Shown one piece after another: positions 20,536-30,583 of a stretch of 64,000 nt of DNA. Position 1 is the stretch's first letter, and every line of letters begins with the position of its first letter. Where the stretch lies: positions 7,392,001 through 7,456,000 of the forward strand of contig CAVUSO010000001.1 of the NCBI GenBank assembly GCA_963744145.1. Reading direction: 5' to 3'. Source of the stretch: an uncultured cyanobacterium. Lineage in GTDB: Bacteria; Cyanobacteriota; Cyanobacteriia; Cyanobacteriales; CAWUOF01. The notes beneath the pieces are model-generated. The model was not told the origin of the DNA. It did no database searches and saw only the letters and a list, made by a program, of their open reading frames with translations. The translations under genes and the position numbers were made by a program.

Positions 20536-20826
20536 TTAAGACTCCAAAGGTTGTTCAGAACTAATTTTTACCCGTCGAATTGGTAAATTAGCAATTAAAG
20601 CTGTTGCCCGTTGATTATTCTCTAAAGAAACCTCTAAACCTTCGGGATCAAGTTCTACATAACGAGAAACGACTTCTAGAATTTCTTTTCGCATGGAATC
20701 AAGCATTTCCGGGGTGAGGTCAGCGCGATCGTGAGCGATTACCAGTTTGAGACGGCGTTTCACTTCTTCACGACTATTGTTAGCGTTTGTCCAAGGGAAA
20801 ATTCGTTCTAGAAGTTCGTTAATCAT
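20536..20826 (-). CDS. minE: Cell division topological specificity factor MinE
   Basis: [12 protein letters not shown] and ANLPIRRV motifs. Confidence 0.95.
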   Translation of the reverse strand: MINELLERIFPWTNANNSREEVKRRLKLVIAHDRADLTPEMLDSMRKEILEVVSRYVELDPEGLEVSLENNQRATALIANLPIRRVKISSEQPLES

Positions 20827-20861
20827 GGATGCACGGGCAGTTCAAGGGGAAAATTTAAGTG

Positions 20862-21671
20862 CTAGGGTCGGGGAGAACCCCGAAACAAGCGTCGAATCCG
20901 AGCAAAAAAACTATCGTAGGCAGCATCGATATCAATAAATTTAATCTTCTCACCTTCCAATCGACGAGCAATATTTTCAAATGCTTGTCCTGGTAAGGAA
21001 AGCCGCTCTGCTAATACTAGAGGTTCACCACGGTTGGTAGAAACAATTACTCGCTCGTCATCGGGAATAACGCCAATTAAAGGAATAGCGAGAATTTCTT
21101 GAACATCTTGTACCGACATCATATCATTAGCTTGCACCATTGCGGGCTTGATCCGATTCACGACTAGATGTATTCGCCTGATATTATTTGCTTCTAACAG
21201 ACCAATAACGCGGTCTGCATCACGGACAGCGGCAATTTCTGGAGTCGTGACAATTAAAGCTTCCGTTGCTGCGGCGATCGCATTTTGAAAGCCCATTTCA
21301 ATTCCTGCCGGACTATCGATTAAAATATAATCAAATAGCTCGACCAACATTGCTACCAATTGCTTCATCTGGTCTGGGATCACAGATTCTTTAGTGCGAT
21401 TTTGGGCAGCGGGCAATAGGGCTAATCTTGATTGTCGTTTATCTTTTACCAATGCTTGTTCGAGCCGACATTGACCGGCTAAAACTTCCATTGCTGTATA
21501 GACAATCCGATTTTCTAACCCCAGTAATAAATCCAGATTTCTGAGACCAAAATCGGCATCGACGACCACAACTTTGCGTCCCCGTGCGGCCAGAGCCATT
21601 CCTAGATTAGCTGTGGAGGTGGTTTTGCCCACCCCTCCTTTCCCCGATGTAATGACAATGATGCGACTCAT
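20862..21671 (-). CDS. minD: Septum site-determining ATPase MinD
   Basis: SGKGGVGKTT, DADFGLRNLD and DSPAGIE motifs; ATG at 21671 (MSRII). Confidence 0.96.
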   Translation of the reverse strand: MSRIIVITSGKGGVGKTTSTANLGMALAARGRKVVVVDADFGLRNLDLLLGLENRIVYTAMEVLAGQCRLEQALVKDKRQSRLALLPAAQNRTKESVIPDQMKQLVAMLVELFDYILIDSPAGIEMGFQNAIAAATEALIVTTPEIAAVRDADRVIGLLEANNIRRIHLVVNRIKPAMVQANDMMSVQDVQEILAIPLIGVIPDDERVIVSTNRGEPLVLAERLSLPGQAFENIARRLEGEKIKFIDIDAAYDSFFARIRRLFRGSPRP

Positions 21672-21679
21672 GACTGCGC

Positions 21680-22457
21680 TCAAAAATTGGTCTTGGCAAA
21701 TTCAGTAGTTCTGGCGATGCGAATTCCTTCCGCTGTAACGTAGGCTATTTCCGGATAAAACTGAGCTGGTAGTTTTTCTGGGGAACGGGCCAGCGTAATC
21801 AGCAATGCGGATCTGAGTAGGTTCCATTTGCAAAGCCATAATGCGGCACTTAGAGTTACCATCGGCTCCAGCATGAACCACACCGCGCAAACGTCCCCAT
21901 ACTAGAATATCTCCTTGAGCTACTACTGCACCACCTGGATTCAAATCACCCAAAATTACTACTGTGCCCCCATGTCGAATTTCTACCCCAGAACGAACGG
22001 TGGTTTCGAGATAAAGTGGATCAGCCAAAGGTGGGATGGGTGGTTTTGGATGAGGATTTAGGGATATTTGGTAGGATTGTTGCTCGACTGAATAACCAGC
22101 AGTAGCAGCAGCTACAGCAGTTTGACGACGAGTGGTAGCCACACTTTTGATTTTTAGTTGGACTTGAGACAGAATTTCGGCGATCGCCTGAAGTTGTCTA
22201 GTATCCAACAATCTTTCTCTGGCTACTATCTGTACTTCTGTCTGGTTTTGCCAAAATCTTTCTCCAGCATGAATCAGTTGTTGCAGTTGTTGTGAGATAT
22301 CCTGCCAATTGTTTCCCAGTTCGGTTTCCGGGGGCAAATGCAATAATAATTTGTCCTCTTTGGTGTTAAATCGCACTTGTTGGTGACAATCTTTGGTGGT
22401 CGGAGGACTGGGGGAAATAGTTGGGACGGTCGATGGTGCAGAAGGGTCGGAAGTCAT
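21680..22457 (-). CDS. minC: Septum site-determining protein MinC, +1 frameshift near 21793
   Basis: TVRSG and GDILVWGRLRGVVHAG motifs. The conserved C-terminus ARSPEKLPAQFYPEIAYV lies in another frame (ORF 21680-21883); deleting one base restores DYVARSP. Confidence 0.9.
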
Positions 22458-22587
22458 GCCAGAAAATTATTACCTTGTTTATACTATCTGATGTTTGATC
22501 TACCTTTGGACTCAATTTTTGCTAATTTTACTAGGTTTAGTTATCAAAGCGATCGCTAATTTGCCCCAGCGAGCAGACGATTACAGC

Positions 22588-23903
22588 TTACTTTAACCGA
22601 CGATAAACTGTCACTAAAGCATCGGAATCGCCTACATTTCCTGGAAATAATACCACTGGTAAATTCGGAAATTGAGGATGATCAGCAGGAGTTTTGACGA
22701 CAGAACAACCAGCTAAAATTTGGCCCAGTAATCTCGCAGTTTTTAAAGCTAATCCGGTACTGACGACATCATTAGAAGTAATTCCTCCTTTACTAATTAA
22801 AAAACCGATGTCATCTGGGAGTCCGCGCACAATATCCATTAACAATAATGAGACAGACTTACCAAAATTTAATCTGGTCTGCACATCAGCAAATTCTAAT
22901 TCCTGACGACTGGTATAAACTACGGGTGTTTTCCCCTCAGTATGAGTAGAATGTACTTTAGTCAAGCTAGTTTTTAAAATTTGCTCACGTTTAGCTGGGG
23001 ATTCATCTAATAATTCAGCCACATTGATTTCGATCCCAACGATGCCCGGTTCTTGTAGTAATTGGTGTAATTGTTCTGTACTCTTTTTAACATGGGAACC
23101 TACAATCACCACACCTGGTTTTCCATCCCGGACATATTTTGCCATTTCTGTCGCAGGGATTGGTTGGGGTGGTAAGTTAGCTAAAGCCGTTAAAATACTG
23201 GCAGCACTACGCAATAAAAAACGTTTACCTTGACCCGCAGCAGTAAGTAAATCGGCGGCAAATCGGTTAAGATCAGCTTGAGTTTCCCCATCAACGACAC
23301 AGCAATGATTTCCGGTTAAATTTAATAGACGCTCTAAGCTACTACTACGAATATCTTCTAGTAAAAATCTTTCTACATTATTTGCCAGAATCCGCCGATT
23401 AGTTTTTTCTTCGACATAATCTGGTAAGTAGCTGTGATGGTAAGCAAAAACTGAATCACGGGCAAATTCGGTTTCATGTACTGGTGTGGGAATACCATTA
23501 ATATTGAGATAATGGATACTATTACGGGTAATTCGCCACCTTCAAAGAAAGCAGGAATGAGAAAATGGGCATCAAATGGACCAATTTCTGCCCCAATCAC
23601 ATCAGTTTCAATGGGATAATGTCCTCGGAGGGTAGAATCAGAACGACTGACTATCAAGAAGTCTTTGATCTGGGTGATTGCGATCGCTTCTTTGAGATGA
23701 CGACAAACCTCACGAGTCACAATCTCAGCTTCGTCTTTTGGTAGGGCCCGAGTATTGGTTAGTACAAAGAAAATTGGTGATTCCTCCTGTAACCCTAATA
23801 TTAATGTTTCCACATCCCATTTAGTTAGTAACAAACAACTATGGACGGTTTGGGAACCAGTTGGGTCATCATCTAAGACAATAATTTTTGGTTTAATAGT
23901 CAT
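22588..23903 (-). CDS. Four-carbon acid sugar kinase family (DUF1537) protein, -1 frameshift near 23535
   Basis: N-terminal LDDDPTG and RSDSTLRGH; C-terminal SKGGITS and FPGNVG. Adding one base gives GGRITRNSIHYL and an open frame to 22588. Confidence 0.88.
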
Positions 23904-23930
23904 CTCGATCGTGGTGTTTTCTTTAAATTA

Positions 23931-24023
23931 TGGACAGACAAGATGTCTGTCCCACAAGAGTCTTTTTTGGTTGTAGGACAGACATCTTGTCTGTCCTAGT
24001 TATTTTTGCTTTCTGGTCTATTG
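23931..24023 (-). repeat. Family C repeat, inverted copy
   Basis: GGACAGACAAGATGTCTGTCCCAC ... GGACAGACATCTTGTCTGTCCTAGTTATTTTTGC ... GTCTATTG. Confidence 0.85.
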
Positions 24024-24045
24024 CCAATCAGTCTACTTTACTTGA

Positions 24046-24687
24046 TTAATGTCCATCTTGTAATTTTTTTAATTCTGTTTGGGTACTAACGGCAATTTGT
24101 AATGCTTCATTTAATAATCTACCATGTTCGCCAGCTTGGTCACTAACCTGTAAAGCTGTCAAAGCATTCAAATTATTAGCAAATAGGTTAGCATTACGGT
24201 TCAAGAAATTTTTATGTGTTCGTAAAATTCTTTCTGTCTTTAAAGCTCGGATTAAATCTTGTCTAGTTAAATGAAGTGCTTCGATCACCTTTTCTCGATC
24301 TCTCACCCTAGCTTCTGGATTACCTGCATCTTCAATCTGATCGCTAATATCCATAGCTTTAATCACAGTATTATACTTTTCCACTTCATCGATGAGATTG
24401 ATAAAATTTTGATGATTTTTAGCAAAATCTATATTTTTTACATCCGAGGTTATTAATCCTCCTGCGATCCCAATATGTAAAGCAATTAATATCGGCGCTT
24501 GTTCCGGAAAACCTAAAACTAGAATCCAACCACTAAATCCAATCAACATGGTAGCAAACATCGTCGTAACACCTTCACTGATAAATTTTTTCAGTGTCGG
24601 AGGTTTAAACACCTGATCGACATTTATACCACTCAAGTGTCTTAGTTCTCCTTTAGTAATTGATAAACCCTCTAAATCAGGTCGCAT
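24046..24687 (-). CDS. Conserved cyanobacterial hypothetical membrane protein
   Basis: 213-aa ORF with two TM segments and a coiled coil (DLIRALKTERILR). Confidence 0.7.
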   Translation of the reverse strand: MRPDLEGLSITKGELRHLSGINVDQVFKPPTLKKFISEGVTTMFATMLIGFSGWILVLGFPEQAPILIALHIGIAGGLITSDVKNIDFAKNHQNFINLIDEVEKYNTVIKAMDISDQIEDAGNPEARVRDREKVIEALHLTRQDLIRALKTERILRTHKNFLNRNANLFANNLNALTALQVSDQAGEHGRLLNEALQIAVSTQTELKKLQDGH

Positions 24688-24827
24688 AGCTTTATTATTT
24701 TCTCATTTGACCAGACTTTTTAGTTAAATTTCGGTAAAGTGCCGAAAACTTGCTCATCATCAAGTAATATTAGCCTTTAAGATTGACTTTGAGCAGAATA
24801 GCAATTTTGGAGAGGAGTAACCTTAAC

Positions 24828-26270
24828 GTGAGTGTGAGTAATGTCAGCAATACAATTCAGGTTACTCCTGGGGAGTTTAAAGTTGAAAACCATTTCTATC
24901 CATCAGCTATTAACGCTCAGATCCATCCAATAGTCAAAGACTTTCTCTGTCTTGATTATGAGCAAATTATCCATCGCTACAGCTATCTGCATCCCCAGAT
25001 TGACGCGAAAATATTAAAACATATTTTTACTTCACCAACACAATTTTTATCTTGGGCAGGAGCAGACCTATGTAATGTTACCACGAAAGATGGAATTAGA
25101 CAAATGGTTTTAATTGAAACCAATTCCTGTCCTTCGGGTCAAAAATCTATGCCCATTTTAGATCCTCAACAAGAGCAAAGAGGATATCGTAAATTAATAG
25201 AGTTACTGTTTTGTCCGATGCTAGCTCGATCGCAAGTATCAGGAGGATTAGCGGTAATCTATGATAAAAATTTTATGGAAGCATCTGGATATGCTACGGT
25301 AATGGCTGATTATCTGAATGAAACTGTCTATTTGGTAGCTTTTCATGAAGATGATCCTGATCCTTCGGTGCGTTTCCAACAGGGAGTAATGGAAATTCGC
25401 ACAGTAGATCATCAGTGGATACCAATTCGAGCAGCTTTACGTTATGTCACTCAGCGTCCCTGGAACCGGATTCCGATTTTAACTCATACGAAGATATTAA
25501 ATCCAGTCATAACCTGTCTCGCTGGTGGTCGAAATAAAATGCTAGCAGCAAAAGCTTACGAAAATTATAACTCGTTAATTTCTAATTCCGGACTCCGGAT
25601 CAATACCCCGGAAACAATTTGTGATGTTAGTAAGGAGGATATTCCCCATTTGGTGCAAAATTGGGATGGACAAGCGGTGGTGAAAATTCCTTATGCTAAT
25701 GCGGGACAGGGAGTATTTACGATTATGAATATAGGAGAATTAAACGAATTTATGGAAATAGAGCATCACTATAGTCAATTTATCGTCCAAAGATTAATTG
25801 GCAATTGGAAATGGCAAAGATTTGCTAGCGATCGCCAATTTTTTCATATTGGTACTGTACCCGATCGCTACAAACAAAGATATGTTAGCGATCTGCGGAT
25901 GATGGTAGGTAGTTCTGCATCAGGATTTTACCCTTTAGCTATCTATGCACGTAGAGCAAGGATTCCTCTTCTTGATGTGATCAAAAAGGATATTTCTTCT
26001 TGGGATATGTTAGGTACTAATTTGTCGATCCGTAAACCTACGGAGGGTTGGGATCTAGACACAAATCGATTGTTAACTATGAATGAGGCTGATTTTAGTC
26101 ATTTAGGTTTGGGATTAGATGATTTAATTAATGCTTTTATTCAAACAGTGCTAGGAATGGTAGCAATTGACCATATGGCTGGCAATATTTTAACTGAAAC
26201 CGGGGAATTAGATCGGGCTTTTTTCCAGTCTCTAAATCAGGATGATTTTTTGCTGGAAGAAATATTATGA
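24828..26270 (+). CDS. Circularly permuted ATP-grasp-like ligase of unknown function
   Basis: N-terminal GADL...VLIETN, central VVKIPYANAGQGVF, IVQRLI and DLRMMV motifs. GTG at 24828 follows a GGAGAGG RBS (track starts at 24783). Confidence 0.65.
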   Translation: MSVSNVSNTIQVTPGEFKVENHFYPSAINAQIHPIVKDFLCLDYEQIIHRYSYLHPQIDAKILKHIFTSPTQFLSWAGADLCNVTTKDGIRQMVLIETNSCPSGQKSMPILDPQQEQRGYRKLIELLFCPMLARSQVSGGLAVIYDKNFMEASGYATVMADYLNETVYLVAFHEDDPDPSVRFQQGVMEIRTVDHQWIPIRAALRYVTQRPWNRIPILTHTKILNPVITCLAGGRNKMLAAKAYENYNSLISNSGLRINTPETICDVSKEDIPHLVQNWDGQAVVKIPYANAGQGVFTIMNIGELNEFMEIEHHYSQFIVQRLIGNWKWQRFASDRQFFHIGTVPDRYKQRYVSDLRMMVGSSASGFYPLAIYARRARIPLLDVIKKDISSWDMLGTNLSIRKPTEGWDLDTNRLLTMNEADFSHLGLGLDDLINAFIQTVLGMVAIDHMAGNILTETGELDRAFFQSLNQDDFLLEEIL

Positions 26271-26282
26271 TCAACAAAGCCA

Positions 26283-27275
26283 TTATTCAGTTTCCAGAAT
26301 TTTTAAGATTTTTAGATACAGGTTTTCGACAATTTTTTGCTGACGATCGCCAATCGAATAAAAGTTTCTTAATTCCGGATTATTATTAATCTCAATGATC
26401 ACATAATCTTCCATTGGCTGGGATATATCCCTAGTCATAATATCTACACCACATAATCTTAGTCCCATGTCTTTAGTAATATTAACTGCCAATTTATAAA
26501 AATCTGCATGAACAAGATTAGTTACATCTACTGCATCACCACCAGTAGATAAATTAGCATTATCTAAAAGATATAATTTAACCTCTTTGGGAATAATGCT
26601 ATTAAAAGTTAAATTTTTTCTTTGCAATGTGGTTTTAATTCTAACATCATCTAAATTTAGAATTATATTTCTACCTATTTGATAAAATGACTCCTGTTTT
26701 TGACATAAAAGTTCAGAAATACTAGATTTACCATCACCAATTACAAATAAGGGAATCCGCTGATATGCAGCAATAATTTCATCATCCAGTACCACAACCC
26801 GATAGTCATTACCGGAGTAAAATTTTTGCACAATTAGAAGTAAATTTTTTAGTAAAATTTCTTTCGCTGCGAGCTGGTATTCTTCTTGATTATAAACTTT
26901 AGTTACCATCCTTCCTGCTCCCAGATCGCTGGGTTTGGTGATTACAGGAAATCCAATCTGTTTAGCAAAATCAAGTCCTTGAGCTAGCTGAGTCTCTAAT
27001 ATTAAATTTTCCCCAAATTTTTCGATTGGAAATGTTTTTTCTACCGGAACTTTATAACCAAATTGGTTCAGAAAAAAACTCGCAAAACTCTTATTCTTAG
27101 CGATCTGGGAGGAACCGAGAGCATTTATATCAAAATTTCCCGTAGTGAAGAAAGTTTTTTTGCCATTTTTAAAGATAATCTGTCCACTCACACCATATTC
27201 TGGTTCTATGATCACTGTAGCTCCTAAATCAGGAGCAATTTTTTTGATTATTTCTGCTACAAATGGTGTTTTCAT
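26283..27275 (-). CDS. Stand-alone ATP-grasp ligase resembling the cyanophycin synthetase / GshF ATP-grasp domain
   Basis: FPVITKP, GNDYRVVV, RIPLFVIGDG, ANLSTGG, CGVDIM and IIEINNNP motifs; no Mur ligase domain. Confidence 0.8.
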   Translation of the reverse strand: MKTPFVAEIIKKIAPDLGATVIIEPEYGVSGQIIFKNGKKTFFTTGNFDINALGSSQIAKNKSFASFFLNQFGYKVPVEKTFPIEKFGENLILETQLAQGLDFAKQIGFPVITKPSDLGAGRMVTKVYNQEEYQLAAKEILLKNLLLIVQKFYSGNDYRVVVLDDEIIAAYQRIPLFVIGDGKSSISELLCQKQESFYQIGRNIILNLDDVRIKTTLQRKNLTFNSIIPKEVKLYLLDNANLSTGGDAVDVTNLVHADFYKLAVNITKDMGLRLCGVDIMTRDISQPMEDYVIIEINNNPELRNFYSIGDRQQKIVENLYLKILKILETE

Positions 27276-27381
27276 ATTTTTACTTCACTAAATTGAATTA
27301 CTAGGATAAGAAATAAAAACTAAATTTTCGTGTTAAGTGCTTGATTAGTTCTACTTAACACGAACAAGATCTATTTAATTA

Positions 27382-27744
27382 TTATTCCTTAGCAATTACC
27401 GTCGCTCTTGCTGTTACAAAAATTATCAATCCAGTCATAATCATCATTATAATTGAAATCGCAAATTTTTTCTCATCTTCTGGTGATGCAGCTCTAAAAA
27501 CTATTAATAGAGAATACATCCCTACTGTTAAAACAAAAATAATAACTGCGGCAAAAATTATCACATCTCTGACGATAAAGAAAATCCAATCTTTTTTAAG
27601 TTCCTGTTTTTGTTTGTTGTTGATATTGGGTGAAGTAGCATTTTTATAATCGAACTTTATTGATGATACTCGCAGTGGTTGATCACCTTGACTAGCAATT
27701 AAATTTGCGATATCTTTTAGCTCTGTCATTGTTCTAAATACCAA
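27382..27744 (-). CDS. Hypothetical 2-TM membrane protein
   Basis: 120-aa ORF with two hydrophobic helices; overlaps the upstream ORF. Confidence 0.55.
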   Translation of the reverse strand: MVFRTMTELKDIANLIASQGDQPLRVSSIKFDYKNATSPNINNKQKQELKKDWIFFIVRDVIIFAAVIIFVLTVGMYSLLIVFRAASPEDEKKFAISIIMMIMTGLIIFVTARATVIAKE

Positions 27745-27961
27745 TTATTTGTGTTTCTAAGTTACTATTCTTGTCGGTGATCCAAAGATATTTATCTTCT
27801 TTTTTTGCTGCTACCACTATCTGCATCAATATAATTCCTTTTAGTAATACTTCGGCAGGATCTCCATTTATTTCTTTAGCTATGGTCTGTAAGGTTTGAT
27901 AAAGTTCTGGAGAGATATCTAAACTAATTTCAATTCGTTCTGGATGTTCTGGTATGATCAT
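27734..27961 (-). CDS. Small hypothetical protein (possible ribbon-helix-helix DNA-binding protein)
   Basis: ISLDISPELYQTLQTIA...EVLLKGI pattern (beta-helix-helix). Confidence 0.55.
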   Translation of the reverse strand: MIIPEHPERIEISLDISPELYQTLQTIAKEINGDPAEVLLKGIILMQIVVAAKKEDKYLWITDKNSNLETQIIGI

Positions 27962-27979
27962 GTCTCAATTCTCAATTCC

Positions 27980-28147
27980 CAATACGGTTCAGTTAATTGT
28001 AGGGGCGTTTGCCTACGGCACGCTGCGCGAACGCGTAGCGTGCCGTAGGCATAGCATTCGGGCGACAATTTATAGCTAAAAACTGTACCCTGAGCGTAGT
28101 CGAAGGGCGTTAACATTATATCCGAATGCTTCGCCCTTCTTCGCTAC
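27980..28147 (+). repeat. Dispersed A hairpin with nested SDR5-like inserts (28008-28050) and a 24-nt insert (28084-28107)
   Basis: CAATACGGTTCAGTTAA-tt-GTAGGGGCG...AGCATTCGGGCG...TCCGAATGCTTCGCCCTTC. Confidence 0.88.
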
Positions 28148-28165
28148 ATATCGCTGTTTTCTAGT

Positions 28166-30379
28166 TTAATGGAGTAAAGCGATCGCGCGGTTCGTTAATA
28201 ATTCAGCAGTCAAACCATTAAATGCCATTAATTCATTAGCATTAGCAGTAGTTTCTCCTCGTTTCCAAGCAAAAGTATCGCGTTTAGCATGACTGCGTAA
28301 CATAATTGGTTCTAGCATAGCAGCAGCACCACCAGTGACACCAATCAGCACATCAGCATCAAACAAATTAGCAAAATCGTGATCACTTAAAAAATCACCA
28401 TCCGGTTCCGAACAGGTATTCCAAGCTACATCATCAGAACGATATAAACGACGGGGATTAATTACAGAAATAATCCGGAATCCAATTCCTTGTGCTGCTA
28501 AAGACTTGGCTGATTCAAATACAGGAATCAGGGTCATATCACCAATTACCGCAAAGACAACAGTTCGCTGTCCTGGAGTTTCTTGCAATACTACCGCACC
28601 ATCACGTAAACCTTGCTCCGTTTGAGCAAAAGTAGTACGAATTGGTAAAGGTGATTTACTAGCAGTAATGACAATTCCTTTATTTTTAGCAGTTAAAGCC
28701 CAGTTATAACAGACTTGAATACTATTAGCATCAGGTGGAAATAAGGGAAATATATTGCCATTACGCATCATCGCAGCAAAATAAGCTTCAATTTCTGGTC
28801 GTTGATGAGTCCAACCATTACGTCCTTGCTCTAAAGCACCAGCAGTATATAAAGTAATTGCAGCGGGAGTTGGACGTTTTAATTCAGCCATTGCTTGGGT
28901 GACAGTTTGCCAAATTGGTAACCCATTGATCGCAAAAGATTCATAGGAACACCACAGCGATCGCGCTCCCATTAAATTTAAACCAACTGCTAACCCAGCA
29001 CAAGCATCTTCACTGAGAGGTTCATAGACTTGTCCAGTTGGTGCTTGATTATAAAGGTCATCAGTGGTAGGGTGAATAATTTTCAGGGCTTGATTAATAT
29101 TAGCAATTCCCGATGCTTCATTACCATCCGCATTAGTCACTAAAAATGAGCGATCGCTAGCTCCCACCTGTCCCACTAAACGTCCCATTGCGGTAGTAGA
29201 AACCTTCGCTTCCCCTCCGATTGGATATTCTTCTAAAGGTAATTTTCCTAAATCTGGTAAGGGTAACTCAAATTCCGTCACCGCAGTTTTAGCTGCTGGT
29301 CCACCACCAGCTCGCTCACAATTTGTCCGAACTAATTGCCAAGCTTCGGGAGATAGAGCGCGGACTTTTAAAGCTTCAATAATATGAGGACTATCTAAAG
29401 TATCTTTAGGATAAAGATTGTGAGATTTTGCACCCCGAGCATGAACACCTGCACCTTTTAACTGTTTAATGATCAATACAGTTAGCTTCCCACCCAGAGC
29501 AGATTTAGCGGCTTGATCAACTCCAACTAATACCGCTTTGGTAAATTCTAGTCGTTTTTCACTCGAAAATACCGTACTACCTACATAAGCTCCCGACTGA
29601 TTTTGATCGTCAAAATCTTTAGCATCAATTAAAATAATTTCTGCAAAACCATTACCGCGCCAATAATCAATCATTTCCTGATTAGATTTGGTAGAAACCA
29701 TGCTATGATGTTCTTGGCTGTAACCATTCCAAACTAACACAGGTAAAAAGTTGGTGATGCTGGGATAAGCGGTATGAAAGTGTGCCATACTACTCATCGG
29801 GTAAGGTTCACCCATACCACCGTCACCGAGCGTGAAAGGAAACAGTCGATCTCGGTGGAGGAGTGCTGCTGACATGGCAAAATGCTGTCCTTGTCCAAGT
29901 GGACCTGCGGGAGCCAGAATACCAGGAATATAGCCGGAAAGGTGTCCTAAAAGACCATGTTTTTCCCGAAAGCGATCGCGCAAATGTTGGACTGTAAGAA
30001 TATTCATATCCTCCAGCGATCGGTCGAGGAACATCGCACTATAGAAACCGGGAGCATGATGTCCAACTTCGGTCAGGATGTTTTTGTACCCCAGCATGAC
30101 TAAAGCAGCATAAGCTTCTGCTTGACTAGCAAATCCACCTGGATGTCCAGATGATTTACTTGCAGTAGTTTGTAAGGTCAGATAGCGCAATGCGTCAGCA
30201 AATAATAAGGTCTGAAAGCTAGCTGCTGGATCACCCGGATCAGCGATCGCTACTGTTGCTTCAGCAATTATCGGTGTTTTCCCGTAGGTTTCCCACCCAG
30301 GGAAAGCGTCCCCAAAATACTGAATACCTTCACAAAAAGCTGGTATTGATAAGGTAGCTGGTTGATTAGCTATGGTCAT
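28166..30379 (-). CDS. Phosphoketolase (TPP-dependent, transketolase-like)
   Basis: SGHPGG, GHHAPG, GPLGQG, GDGG...N TPP motif, EPLSEDAC and GRNGWTHQ motifs. Confidence 0.88.
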   Translation of the reverse strand: MTIANQPATLSIPAFCEGIQYFGDAFPGWETYGKTPIIAEATVAIADPGDPAASFQTLLFADALRYLTLQTTASKSSGHPGGFASQAEAYAALVMLGYKNILTEVGHHAPGFYSAMFLDRSLEDMNILTVQHLRDRFREKHGLLGHLSGYIPGILAPAGPLGQGQHFAMSAALLHRDRLFPFTLGDGGMGEPYPMSSMAHFHTAYPSITNFLPVLVWNGYSQEHHSMVSTKSNQEMIDYWRGNGFAEIILIDAKDFDDQNQSGAYVGSTVFSSEKRLEFTKAVLVGVDQAAKSALGGKLTVLIIKQLKGAGVHARGAKSHNLYPKDTLDSPHIIEALKVRALSPEAWQLVRTNCERAGGGPAAKTAVTEFELPLPDLGKLPLEEYPIGGEAKVSTTAMGRLVGQVGASDRSFLVTNADGNEASGIANINQALKIIHPTTDDLYNQAPTGQVYEPLSEDACAGLAVGLNLMGARSLWCSYESFAINGLPIWQTVTQAMAELKRPTPAAITLYTAGALEQGRNGWTHQRPEIEAYFAAMMRNGNIFPLFPPDANSIQVCYNWALTAKNKGIVITASKSPLPIRTTFAQTEQGLRDGAVVLQETPGQRTVVFAVIGDMTLIPVFESAKSLAAQGIGFRIISVINPRRLYRSDDVAWNTCSEPDGDFLSDHDFANLFDADVLIGVTGGAAAMLEPIMLRSHAKRDTFAWKRGETTANANELMAFNGLTAELLTNRAIALLH

Positions 30380-30583
30380 GCTAAGTTTCCTAAGTGACTT
30401 TAATGTTATGGTTCAACAATTATTTCATGAGTTTTGCAACATTAATGTTGCCAAAGTTGATTAATCTAACTGAAGATCCTGATTAGATAAATAAATAAGT
30501 TAAATTTATTGTCGCACGTCTGAATCATCGCCCAAAATTAAGCTTAGACAAAGTTCTCTCCTATTTATCCTTACCTAGCTTTA

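Noticed and set aside
26283..27275. Full cyanophycin synthetase (cphA)
   Set aside because: Only 330 aa, lacking the N-terminal and Mur-ligase domains.
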